From positions 100,008,001-100,072,000 of the forward strand of contig NW_024704742.1 in NCBI RefSeq assembly GCF_018977255.1: a stretch of 64,000 bases of DNA, written 5' to 3'. This DNA comes from Callorhinchus milii (lineage: Eukaryota). Positions within the stretch are counted from its first letter, which is position 1. The number at the start of each line of letters is the position of its first letter. Made by a program: the position numbers and the translations under genes. Positions 38,429 through 50,454 of this stretch are shown piece after piece. The notes under the pieces were generated by a model. The model was not told the origin of the DNA, searched no databases, and saw only the letters and a list, made by a program, of their open reading frames with translations.

Positions 38429-41367
38429 TACAAGAGGCGTTCATTCCAATTAGAGTATAGTCTCAAGATTTCCTTGTGCATGGGAACTGTGAGGGGTTTG
38501 CTGAACTGCTGTAAGCGAAATATGTGAAAGATTTTGCTCAGAAATGAAGTAACTGCCTACAGTTTTCTGTTTGAAGATTTTTTTGTATAAATTGTGTTTT
38601 GTTTTTTGATTGCCTATGTAAATTTGGTGTTAAACTTTTTTTAATCAGTAAGGGAGTAAAGGGGTGGCAATTAGTAAAGGTTTTTAAAAAAGTAATACCC
38701 AAATTTATGATGCTATTTGAAACGAATCCCATCAAAGGCTTGCCAATGGCTGGAATCGGCTGCTTTTAACCTTTTTTCCCCAACTCTGGAATCTGAGTAA
38801 AAGCTCAAGTCAAGGGGTAGTAGTTAGCTTTAATAGATTGTAGAATACCAAAACAAATCATTCGGCCCAACTAGTCCATACCGGTGTTTATACCCCACAT
38901 GACTCCACACGGTGATCAAGACAATTTGATTTTTTCTAACATAGTGACTGCTTAAACGTGGCAACCACTTTCACCAGCAAGATCAGTCAAACAGTGAATG
39001 ACACATCACATACTATATTTTTCGCCCCATATCATTCTTGTGCAGTCTTCCTCAATCATGCATTCCAAATTTTATATGTCCATCATCGAGCATCATAAAC
39101 CATGAATATAATTTTTCCAGCAAAAGACCTTGATCCAACTGGCAGAGCAAGCATATTTGCATCCAAACTATAAGTGTATTGTTTTGATAAGACAGCTTTA
39201 GTAAAGGATGCAAATCAGGAGGTTTGTAGAGAGATTATTTCCCATTTTGCAGTTGGTATATTTCAACCCTTTCAACAGGATGTTATTTTTAATAGGAGGA
39301 GCGGTAGATGTCAAAGAATTTTTTTTAAAGTTGCAATAAGCAATGTAAGAAGGCAATGTGCTACAAGTTTCAACATCTTAACACTAACACTAAGGTATGT
39401 TAATAAATATTCACCCAATAATGAAATAAGAGCACGGAGTATGAACGACATTGAAATTGAAGAAATTATCTAAATTCAACAGTTCAGTCAATTAACCATT
39501 TAAATATTGTATATACATTTTCCACACGTCAAAACATCAGTCTGTAGTTAAACTCACTTGAAGAAATTACTTGTAGAAACAGGATATTAAAAACACATGA
39601 ATAATAAACAATGTATTTATTTTTAATGTGTTAAATGTCAAAGCAATCTGTTCACAACTTAAAAATATGTACACGATTAATGGGGAAATAAAGGAATAAT
39701 GTCAATGTCAAAGAATATATAACAGCACAAATAATGTTAAACTATAAGTGTGCATATTCGTTCGCTCGCAGAACTTACACAAGGCTGGCTGCTGAGGTTA
39801 CGGAGAACTTGACTGTTTAAGGCTGCTCTACAGGTTCACAGTCTAGCGTAGGTGACTTATCAAGCAGAGAGGAAACTGAGCCTGTCTTACAAACACCTAC
39901 AGAATGGCCTTCAGAGGAGTCTGGGGAACTGAGAACTGTGATATCCCTGACTAAACAAGATCAAGACTTGTTGGCTTCTGAATAGCACGGTGAGCAAATT
40001 AACTGGAAAGCCAAGCTGCATAATAATAGCAATACTGGCCTATCAATATGTCCGTGTGGTCACAGTGTTATAGACATTCTGAATGACTTAATAAAACTGT
40101 ATCACATTAATTGTATTTAGGTGGCATTGTATAGACCATGAGCATATAGCTTGAAAGGTATATCCACCACAATTGCCTATGTTAACGGATATTCATCATT
40201 TACAATGGAGGTAGATGCTGATGGTAGAAAGCAAGGCAGAGGCTTATTTTATATTTTCAATAAACTTGTAGCTGTTGGGTTTTTAGATTTTTTTTGCCAG
40301 CAGAAAGGGTAGGAGTAATGGACAAGTTCAAGTGGGTCAAATCATATAGTTTAAAATATCATAGAATTTTAGTCATGATTTAAAATGGTTTATTTGGTTA
40401 CATCATATAATGAAATAGCCCACCAAATACTCATTATACCTCATATTATATAGGACTACACTATTCCCCTGTAGCATTTTAAGCCCAATGTCACTTCAGA
40501 TCAAGTCACATGATTTGAGAACAAGAAGTTGCCAATCTGTTCCAGCCTGCCTTGATGTCTGCTAGGGTGATGCAAAATTAATTGTGAAAATGGAAATAAA
40601 ACAGCTTCTCCCAACTCATCCTTTATAGCACACAGGATAACACAGGCTGCAATTTGTTTCAAATCTTAACATGTCTCAGGATTCAGATAACACTAAAGGA
40701 AAATTAACATTACCACATGCAATTCCTAATGTGAATGAATCCCTCAACATCCTGCTGCCTTTTATCACATTTAAGTCTAGGCGTTAGATCTAGGTGTTAA
40801 CCTATATGTAACAAACTCAGCTGTACCTTGTAGCATTCTATGGGGGCAAGGAAGCTTTGGAATTTGCTCAGTTTCCTTTCTTGCTACTGTAATAGTTTCT
40901 TCCCAGACCTACAACTTGTATCATCCCCCTCCCTGTTATTCCCATGTCTGAAAGCACATTTTCCCTTCCGTACACAATTAAACCATGTTCAAAATAGACA
41001 ATAAAATGTCAGTTTGGGTAAGAAAAAAGAGAGGAATCTTGTTTTCTTGTTGCCTACATGTGTAGAATTCTTACTGACTATGTACGCTAGGCTAATAATC
41101 TTGTACTTTGATGAATGAGCAAAGATAACAAGAGGCAGTCACTGAATAACCTTTACGTATTGTGACAGGTATGTGTAATATCTGTGGCAAGCACAACTAC
41201 TCAGATTTTTATGAATCTTAATTTTACTGTCTTCTTTTCCCAATTTGCTTTCCTGACATACATTTTGCAATAAACATCAGTGGTTATTTTCCAGATGTCT
41301 GGAGGGAAGACACTTTTAGTGAAAAAATGTGATTTTTCCTTGAATATTCTGACACAACAGTGCAGGA

Positions 41368-41732
41368 TAATAATAATCCTTGCATTTGATATAGCGCCTT
41401 ATCACATCTTCAAGACTTCTCAAAACACTTCACAGTATATACTGTAAAGTGAATTGACTGTATATTTTGTGGGAAAACGTGGCAGCCATTTGCACACAGC
41501 AGTGTTCCACAAACAGTCGTGGATTGAGTGACCAAATTTTTTTTATATATAAGGTAGTACCCCCAGAAAAGGGATCCGCCAATCAACTAACAACCAGGTT
41601 CCTACTTATTGCTAGGTAAACAGAGGCATATGGAGTAACGAAACTTGCCCAACATTTTGTCTTGCCCGGGAATCGAACCCAGGTCCTCTCACTTGTGAGG
41701 TGAGTGCTCTAACCACTAGGCTACAGGAATCC
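41368..41732 (-). mobile_element. tRNA-derived SINE, long variant, full length
   Basis: rc B box ggttcgattccc, extra cctagc segment, tail. Confidence 0.92.
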
Positions 41733-41752
41733 ACAATCTTTTACTAAGGTAC

Positions 41753-41842
41753 AATCATAGAATCATACAATCATAGAATCGTACAGCAGAAAAAGAGGCC
41801 ATTCGGCCCATCGAGTTTGTGCCGGCTCTTTGAATAGAGCAG
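41753..41842 (-). mobile_element. CR1-type 3' tail with (ATCATAGA)n repeat
   Basis: aatcatagaatcatacaatcatagaatc..gaggccattcggcccatcgag. Confidence 0.75.
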
Positions 41843-41949
41843 ACCCTTATCAAGACCCTGATATTTCAGAGCAGGAGAAAAAACCTTATGGTCTTGTATT
41901 CAGGTTGAGTTTTAAACTAAAAACAAGAACCTGACATCTTTCTCCTGCA

Positions 41950-42335
41950 ATACTGAGAAGTGTCTTTTTTCAGATAAGACATTAAAGCAAGATCCCATTT
42001 GCCTGTTTTCAGGTCTGCATTATAGATTAAATAAATCATCCTTGGATTTGATATAACACCTTTCATGTCAGGAAAATGTCTCAAAGCTCTTCACAGGATT
42101 TACTGTAAAATGTAATGACTGTATATTTTGTAGGCGAGATCTGAATTTCAAAGAGAAATGAATTTCTCCAAGTGTCCTGGCCAACAATCCTTCCGACCAA
42201 TTTTCAGGACCTGTTTGATGCAAATGGTTGCCGTATTTGCTTAGAAAAACAGCAGTGCACTTAAATATGCTTGCTTGATGCCTTATTTGAGATGCATCGC
42301 TGTGATAAGCTGCTAGGAAAATGCAAGTAACTTTT
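41950..42335. mobile_element. Degenerate Deu-type remnant (+) interrupted by a SINE tail (-) at ~42030-42135
   Basis: cagataagacattaaagcaagatccc core and gtgtcctggccaaca on +, rc SINE tail in between. Confidence 0.55.
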
Positions 42336-43194
42336 TTCTTTACATTATTAATGAATACTTGAATATATGTAACTTGTTGGTTTAGAGACTGTCAGCATTG
42401 ACAGCAGAGGTGAAAGAAACCTTTATCGTAACTGGACGTTTTACATTATAGAATACTAATGAAATTAGCTTCAGGTTTGGATGCTATGAAATCAGGTATA
42501 GTAAATTTAAATTACATTAACCTTTTTATCTGATCATTTGTACATTGATGTTTTCTAATGAAGCTTCCAGGATCTCTTTAAGTGTTTCCACATTTCCGTT
42601 TTATGCTACCCACATCAATCCCCATCTTCGATTGCTCTCAGCTCCTCTCTCACCAATGGCATTGTCTGATCCTTTTATCCCAACCCAGAGCACGTATCAC
42701 ACCAGCTCTAAAATGAGCACATTAAATTAAGAATCAATATGACAGGAGGACTTTTCATGAGAAATAATGAGACGTGAAGTGTGTTTTTCTAAAAAAAAAT
42801 CTTTCCCCTTCAAGGTTCCTCAGTAACTCAAACACAAGTTCTAAATCTCAACTCCAGCAGGTGAACATAAAAGATTTCTTGACACGGTTTAAAAAGAGAA
42901 GCAATTTTTTCCTGATGGCTTGCCCAACAAGCCTCCAGATTAGTCGGTCATTCATTTCACTGCTGTCTGGGGATCAAACAATTTGGGCAGTTGCCTATAT
43001 CAACACTTGATAGTAATTATCTATGAAGGACTTTGAGACAATTTGACATAATGAAGTGTTATAAAAATGCAAGTTCTTTCTTTCTTTGTCCCCCATAATC
43101 CAACCAACTGATTAGTGAATAATTCTGGATTATCAACAAGAACATTTAGCGTATTACTGCCTATTATAATTTGGCATACTAATGCTCTGTGATT

Positions 43195-43570
43195 AATAAC
43201 TTGATATAACAATTTATCACTTTGAAATGTCTCAAAGCACCTCACGTAGTTTCCTATAATATGTGATGAATGCGTATTTATAAACAAATGTATCAGCCAA
43301 TTTATGCGCAGGAATGTCCCACAAACAGCCATGAAGTGAATGAATATTTTTTTTTACCTGGGCAATTGTAAACCAGAACAATGGGAGAAAATCCCTTCTC
43401 TTTTCAATTAGTGCCATGGAACATCAATATCCACCTGAACAGATAGGTGAGACCTCATTTAGCATCTCACCCAAACATCGACACCTCCCCCAGCACTGCA
43501 TTGAAGTGTCTGCCTAAACTCACAGCTTTCTGACTCAGAGTCACGACTGCCATCAACTGAGCCAAGTTGA
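43195..43570 (-). mobile_element. DeuSINE-type SINE
   Basis: tagtgccatgg..atccacctgaacag core, tctgactcagag head complement. Confidence 0.8.
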
Positions 43571-43869
43571 GCAGCAGTCAGACTTCCAGAATGGTCCTGT
43601 TTCAGTAATGACGAGAACCGACATTTTCAGGTTGATATTTTCTGATAACTGATGTTCAGTGTTTGCTATACAAATGTAATTTTGTTGTTGTTGTTGATAG
43701 ATTGTACGTGAAGAATATGCCTACATAGATTCATTGACCTCATGCATACAATTCAGTGTGTTTTTTGCAGTGACTGTATAATTGAACCACAGATATTTAA
43801 ATAGACCCTATAATAAAACCACAATAAACTGGATTTTTATAGTGCTTTTCATTTCGGGAGAACGTCCAA

Positions 43870-44105
43870 ATGCGGTAGACATTTAAGGGTTTGCGCCCAA
43901 GCTTGGGGGCGGATTTGGGAAAAATGGGGCATAGGGGGTGGGAAGATGGTGGGAAGGTGCAGTCAAAGTGGGGCCAGAAAGGCTGAAGCCACGACCGCTG
44001 ATGGTGAGGCAGGCAGGGGAACATGAAGCAAGCCAGTGCCTGCCGAACAGAGAAAGTGGGTTTAGAAGGTCACAGAGGTAATGTGGAGCAAGACCGTGAA
44101 GACAA
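43870..44105 (-). mobile_element. Degenerate L2 3' fragment
   Basis: ggctgaagccacgaccgctgatggtg..gaagcaagccag. Confidence 0.6.
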
Positions 44106-45084
44106 CAAGAAAATCAGGCAATGTGTGACTTTCAACAACAGCAACTTGTAGTTATATAGCGTCTTAGAGCGCTTTCAGTGTACAACAAAAGCATAGTGGG
44201 ATTATAGAAACATGAGACAATTGAACCTCATACCACTGTGACAGGGAAGTGAAAAATAGATGTTTCTTCAAAGGCATTTTGTCGGCTATGATGGGATCCT
44301 GAGAACCAGCACTGGGATCAGACTGTCAGTGCTTATTAAATTGGTGCTTCAATATTCCTCTGGAGACATCATCATCTGAAGGAAAAAGTTAGCCCATTCT
44401 CGAACACAATCACAGATTTCATTTTAACATTTGCCACCTTCACTTTTTTTTATTTACAAGAATAGAATCTCAATACTTCCGGGAACCAAAGCTAAAGGAA
44501 GCAGTGGACATCTACCTTGCTGAAGAGAAGCTTTCTTGACAAGCAAATTAAACACTGTGTGAGCACTCAAAGTCTATTTTCCAATTTAGTTGGCCTCCCT
44601 GACAGGGCAGCTCTCTGACAAAACTGCAGTCTCCATGGAGTTCGACATGAGCTAGGCTGACCTTTCAGCTAACAGAGGCAATCACTGTGCCTAGAAGGAA
44701 GAGGATTACTTGCATTTTTTTCTATTAAAATCTCTATAGCAGTTTCTACACAATATACATAATGTAGCACAAGAGGGAACAGATGCCGGAGCGATGGCCT
44801 CCTTGGGCTCCCCTGATGCGAGGATGTCCAAGATGTGCCTGCCACTGATGGTCAGCTTGTCTAAGAAGGTTTTGTTACAGGGGCTCCACCAGAGACTTGA
44901 CTGCACAGTCTCGAGTGCCGATCCCACAAGGCGAAATGAGGCGACCTCAAAGGACCCTCTCTGAATGAGGGGATTCTTGTCAGAGCGAGGGGCAAATCAG
45001 AGGCATTAGCTTGTAGTGTCGAGCGACACTGTGACTTTCCGCTACGACAGTAGCAAAAGCCCGAGGCCTGCAGAGAGGCCTGAT

Positions 45085-45230
45085 TCAAGACCTACCTCTT
45101 GACCACGCTTTCAGCCATCTTTCCCCTCCTCATCCCCTCTTGGCCCCAACAACCAGCTGGGATGCAGATTGTTAAGCACCATTGGACGTCTGCCCAATGT
45201 GAAAGGTGCTATTTAAATGTAAATTTATAT
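45085..45230 (+). mobile_element. L2 3' end remnant
   Basis: tcaagacctacctcttgaccacgctttc..ggacgtctgcccaatgtgaaaggtgcta. Confidence 0.7.
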
Positions 45231-46038
45231 TGTATCGTATTAACTGTGACCCAAAGAAACAGAGCTCTGACATTTTACGAATGGTGTGTTTCCCGTCTAG
45301 CGTAAGTTTGAGTTGGGAGCTGATGGAGCACTGACATCTCCAGCAATTGTTCGTCCAACACATAGTTTGGTTAGTTTTATTAAAGTTTCCGATTTTAACA
45401 ATGGCTAATTATTATCAATTCACTTCTTCAACATCAAGTCCTTCTGCAATATGGTTGTACGTTATCTCACTCATCGTAATAATTATCTGTAAATGGTTTG
45501 CATATTCTTAACTCACTTGTTTATTAAGCATATGTGACATAGCACCCCTAACTGAGCCATGTAGTGTGAAATCTACATATCCTTTCACGAGGGATGGAGT
45601 TTTCATTGTGCCAGCCTGCAGTTCAGCATGTCCAATTGTCTCAAAGATTCATGATTCAATGTCAAGAGACAGACGTTTACAGAGAAATGGCATACAAATG
45701 CGCAAAGGCTCCTTGGGTGTGGCAACAGTTGGTGACTGGATCTTGTGGAACTTTTTCCTAGAAGGAAAAAAGCAGCCAAAATATCAGCAAGTAAAGAGAA
45801 CAGAACAAATTGGTGTAAAAAAATTGATGAGAAAATACTCAACGACAGGATAAGGTTACCTAGCCTTCAAAGCTCATTATTTCCATTTTTATATCTAATT
45901 GTAATTTTGACGCCTTCCCCAACAATATTTTTGCTTTTATTTATTTTTGTGGTAAATTTGTGTCAACAACAAATACTCATGCAACCCTTGAGATGATCAG
46001 CGAATACCAAAACATTGATCACCAAAACATCAAGCTGT

Positions 46039-46306
46039 AATAATAATAATTTTTGCATTTGGTATAGTGAATTTCACATTGTGAGATTGTCCCAAAGCGC
46101 TTCAAGGATATTCTGTAAAGTGGTGTGACTGCATGTTTTGTGGGCAAATGTGGCATTCAATGTCCCACAAACATCCATGAGTGAATGACCAATTTCATTT
46201 GGATGATTGTTGACCAGGACACCGGGAAAAACACCCTTCTCTTTTTCGAATAGTGCCGTGGGATCTTTAACATCCACCTGAACAGGCAGACAGGACCTCG
46301 GTTTAA
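46039..46306 (-). mobile_element. DeuSINE-type SINE, 5'-truncated
   Basis: tagtgccgtgggatctttaacatccacctgaacaggcagacaggacctcggtttaa. Confidence 0.85.
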
Positions 46307-48111
46307 TCACCAGCAATCAGACCACATTTCCTTCCTGTCGTCCAGAGGACAACCAGCCATTAAGTTTAAACCATTTCCCTAATGACAATGTAGTTGAATA
46401 TCCATATTTCAAGCTGAATACTGATCCATTGTTCAGACATCCTGACTCAGTGGGGAGCACTCCTGCCTCTCAGTTAGGGTCACAGATTTTACCTTTAACA
46501 TTTTACCAAGATAACAAGAGATTCAGATAAAGAAGGCTCTTTAGTTCATTTGATCTCAGCCTTACAGAATATCAACCACCCTTCATGACAACCTACTCCA
46601 GACCTTAATTGCTCTCTGGGTAAATAAATACTTCCTGATGTCCGGCCTAAAATTGCACTTTGCAACTCTATGGTCTTGGTGAACCCAAAGTATTATTCTG
46701 GGTTTACCTTTTCAATCCCATTGAAAAATGTTCCATACGATTTCAGATTTTTCTAATCTACTTAATTTCATGTCATAATCTAAGGCTGTTTCTTTCCCAT
46801 AGTCTTTGCTAACTATCCTCGATCAGGATCTTGCTCTTGCTACTATTTATCTCCAGATTTGCCAACAACATACACAAGTTTAGTTAACCCTTCCTCCCTG
46901 TCTGCTTTAACTAGCCTGCATTTATGATGAATAGTGTTGCATTATAATAATAATCCTTGCATTTGATATAGCGCTTTTCACGTCTTCTAGAAGTGACGTG
47001 AGAAGTGACTCTGTGCCTTCTAGCCCACTAGCTGGTCAACAATCCAGTGCAGTGACCATCTACCAATGGTGGTAATTTGGTGATTGCAAATAAATACAGG
47101 GCTTTTCAAAGTCCCGTTACCCCCCATGTTTTTTTCTTACAATGAATTTTTGTTTTCTGTTGTAGATGAGTCAAGTGTAACAATGTCTGATACCAATAAC
47201 TTCCTCATCACTCCATCCATGTTACAGAAGATATCATTATCTGCCATGAAAATGATGGCGCTCACACTAATCTTCTGGACGTCTAAATACAGTTAAACAC
47301 AATTAATTACTTCTAAATACAATTGTCATCATTCAGGTGTTGGTCAGTGGAGGGAACAGGACTTTGTAAACACCCTGTATAGTATTATTTTAAGGAGGTT
47401 CAAGGAATCCACAACACTGACGACTAGGGTCTGCATCTAAAAACCTTTCTTATTCATATTATTCCAATATTAGCAATGTTCCTGATGATCAATTTTACCA
47501 GCAGTTTAACAATGTGACATTTTAAATATTCATACAAATGTTAAGACAAAGAACATAAGAAACAAAATGAATAGTTTGCTGCAATATGTTTTTACAGCCC
47601 AATTCAAATGCATCCTGCTAGTTTTTAGTCCTTAACATTCATTAGCCTGCTTTCATTATTAATGGAATTTCTTCTCAAAAGCCATTGCGAAGTAAAGAGC
47701 ATAACATGTGGACCCAAGTATGGAGGAAGTAATTGGTCAGACACATTTCACACTGAAACATAAAAACAATATTTATGTTCTTCTGCTGTTTCCATTAGCT
47801 CAAGGAATGCCTCTTGGCCTTATGCTCATTAAAATTTATTAGTAGTCACACACAAAGATGAGGAACATAGATGAGGTGAAGGATTGAGTCACTATTTTGC
47901 TATTTTTTTTGAAGAGTTAAAATGTCAGGGCTTTGAATAAAACAGGACTGATTATTTCCATCCTGCTAACTGTACAAATGAGAACAAAATGGGACATTGC
48001 GAATTAGCTAGTGATAAATCAGATCAATGCAGCACATTAAACTGGGAAAAATGTTAAAATGGACATGAGGCCAACATTTCATATCTTAGTAGTCTACACA
48101 TTTAAGTTTGC

Positions 48112-48219
48112 GCAGAATTTTGGAAAAAATTCCAAAAATTCAATCTTAACTTGAAAGCAGGTCTTTTGAAGAACTGGTTCGAAATTAAGACTGAATTTAC
48201 TAATCTTCAAAAATTCTGC
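48112..48219. repeat. Foldback element related to 186-428
   Basis: gcagaatttt..aaattcaatcttaac..cag / ctg..attaagactgaattt..aaaattctgc inverted arms. Confidence 0.65.
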
Positions 48220-48366
48220 ATGTTCATACATTTGAAGGTAAATATCCAATTCATGACCTTAAGGTTAAGACCATAAGAAAATGTGGGCCTCAGGTTGGCA
48301 AGTCATTATATACATGTTTCCACTGCTTAGAATCAGGATATCACAGTAATTCCTTTATATGACTAC

Positions 48367-48801
48367 AACAACAACAAGATTGCATTTAAAGAGCGCCTTT
48401 CACGTTGGGAGGACATCCCAAGGCGCTGGACAGTTCAGTGGAGACCCGAGCAGGGGGCAAATGGTCAGGGTGAGGGGATGGAAGGGAGGGAGCGAGGAGG
48501 GGGTAGAGAGTCGAGAGGGGAGGTGAAGGCACGGTTGAAGAGAAAGGTCTTGAGACCGGCCTTGAAGGAGGAAAGGGAGGAAGCGGCGAAGGCACTGGAG
48601 GATGGAGTTCCAGAGCCTGGGGGCTGAGAGGCTGAAGGCCCGGCCACCGATGGTAGGGCGGTTAGGGCGGGGGACGTGGAGCAGACCAGACCCAGAGAAA
48701 CGGAGGGTACGGGCAGGTATGTGGGGGGATAGTAGGTCGGAGAGGTAGGAGGGTGCAAGGCCGTGAATGGCCTTGTAGGTGAGGATGAGGATCTTGAATT
48801 C
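48367..48801 (-). mobile_element. Young L2 3' end with 6-bp TSD gactac
   Basis: FKILILTYKAIHGLAP.., highly similar to the 38070 and 61468 copies, gactac at 48361-48366 and 48802-48807. Confidence 0.95.
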
Positions 48802-49454
48802 GACTACTGCTGCTTGATTCTGATTGTTTAGTATTTAATCTGTCCTGTGGTTAAATGGAGATCAGCAATATTCATTTCATATGTTGATCTCTGCAAATTG
48901 GCTTGTAAATGTAAAATAAGCGATCCATCTGGGCAGAAGGAAGTAAACATCCCCTCTCCCCACCTCCCAATCCATTCTTCCCTTCCCTGTATTGCCCCAT
49001 TTTTATTCACTTTAGAAAAACACTGCTTTTGGCAGAAGGATTCAGCATTCACAGAAATGGAAATGGTCATAATCAAAACTGATATCTTGCTTTTGATACT
49101 GATGTAACATTGCTGATCTCTTCCCACTTGTCGGTCCAGGTATTATTAGGCTCTGCAAACATCTAGGGATTGAGTTCATTGAGCAATCTGTAATTACACT
49201 GTAACATCAGCGTTTTACATTTTCCCTTATTTATTCTTCAAAGCTCAAATCCCAAATTAGCAATAGGTGGCTGTAATATTTCTGTGAGTATTCTGTTCAT
49301 GATGCTAGCAGGTTCCTACAGTAGAAAATCAGCTGAAACAAGCCTCATAGCACAATTTAGAAGATATTTTTAAGTCTTACGACAACTCTTTATTTGGGAT
49401 CTGTTAAATGTGTAAATGGATGGAGTAATATCATAACATAGGAACAGCAGTCAG

Positions 49455-49768
49455 CCATTTATTTTGCGTTTTGTCCACAAAATACAGACACTACATTTTA
49501 CAGTATATTCTGTGAAGCGCTTTGAGGCATCTCGAAGACGTGATAAGGCCCTAAATCAAATGCAACGATTATTATTATTTAGCCCATCATGCCCATTTGC
49601 CCTTTAGACATTCAAAATTCATTTTGACATTGAAGAGTTTGAGGGATATATTGCTTCTGATCACCTAAAAAAATATCCTTTACAGTGAATCATGTGAAAC
49701 ACTTTGAGACATTCTCCCTTAAAATGAAAAGGCGCTATATCAAATGCAAGGATTATTCTTATTGTTAT
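49455..49768 (+). mobile_element. Two SINE 3' fragments (~49455-49578 and ~49680-49768)
   Basis: Each has gtgaa..ctttgag..tcaaatgcaa-gattatt. Confidence 0.75.
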
Positions 49769-49894
49769 TTCTGTTGTCTTGCAAACACCTCTTTCTATTT
49801 GCAACCTACAAGATGCTTTAAAAATGCATTTTGTAAAATTTTACAATGGTTTTACAATATTTACCAGCAATGAAATGAACAGAAGTCGTGGGTT

Positions 49895-50325
49895 TGATTA
49901 ATACAAAGGCAAAACCATCAATGGGATTCAGAAAGAAAACCGGAACAATAATTTAAGACATTCAGCAGGATAACTGACAGAGCTTCAAAGCTGTGAGGAT
50001 AAATTGAAAGCAAACAACAAGAAATATTTCTTCACACAGAAGGTAATATACAGTCAATTCACTTTACAGTATTTCTGTGCAGCACTTTGAGACGTCTCGA
50101 AGACTGATAAGGTGTTATATCAAATGCAAGGATAATTCTTATTATTTTTATTATTATCATCAGCTCAAACAGGGTACCAGGAAGGGTTGTTGAGAACAGG
50201 ACACAATAAATATTTTTACAAAAGCTGCTTAGTACTGGAATGGAAATCCAGTAGGAAGGGTATTCCATTAGGATGAGATCAAATGGGCTAAAAAATTCTT
50301 CATCGAATCTCTCTTATGTTCATTT
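49895..50325 (+). mobile_element. Degenerate CR1 3' end interrupted by a SINE tail (~50047-50158)
   Basis: tttcttcacacagaaggtaa | SINE | ..ggatgagatcaaatgggc..ctcttatgttc. Confidence 0.7.
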
Positions 50326-50454
50326 TGTGATGTACGTTTTCAAAATAATAGTGGATGCGCAATATACCTTCTTGACTTTCAGACAGTTCTGTCACTTCCT
50401 CGCGCCATTTTTCAAACCTTCCACACTAAGTATTCCTTTTTATTTCTATTCCTC

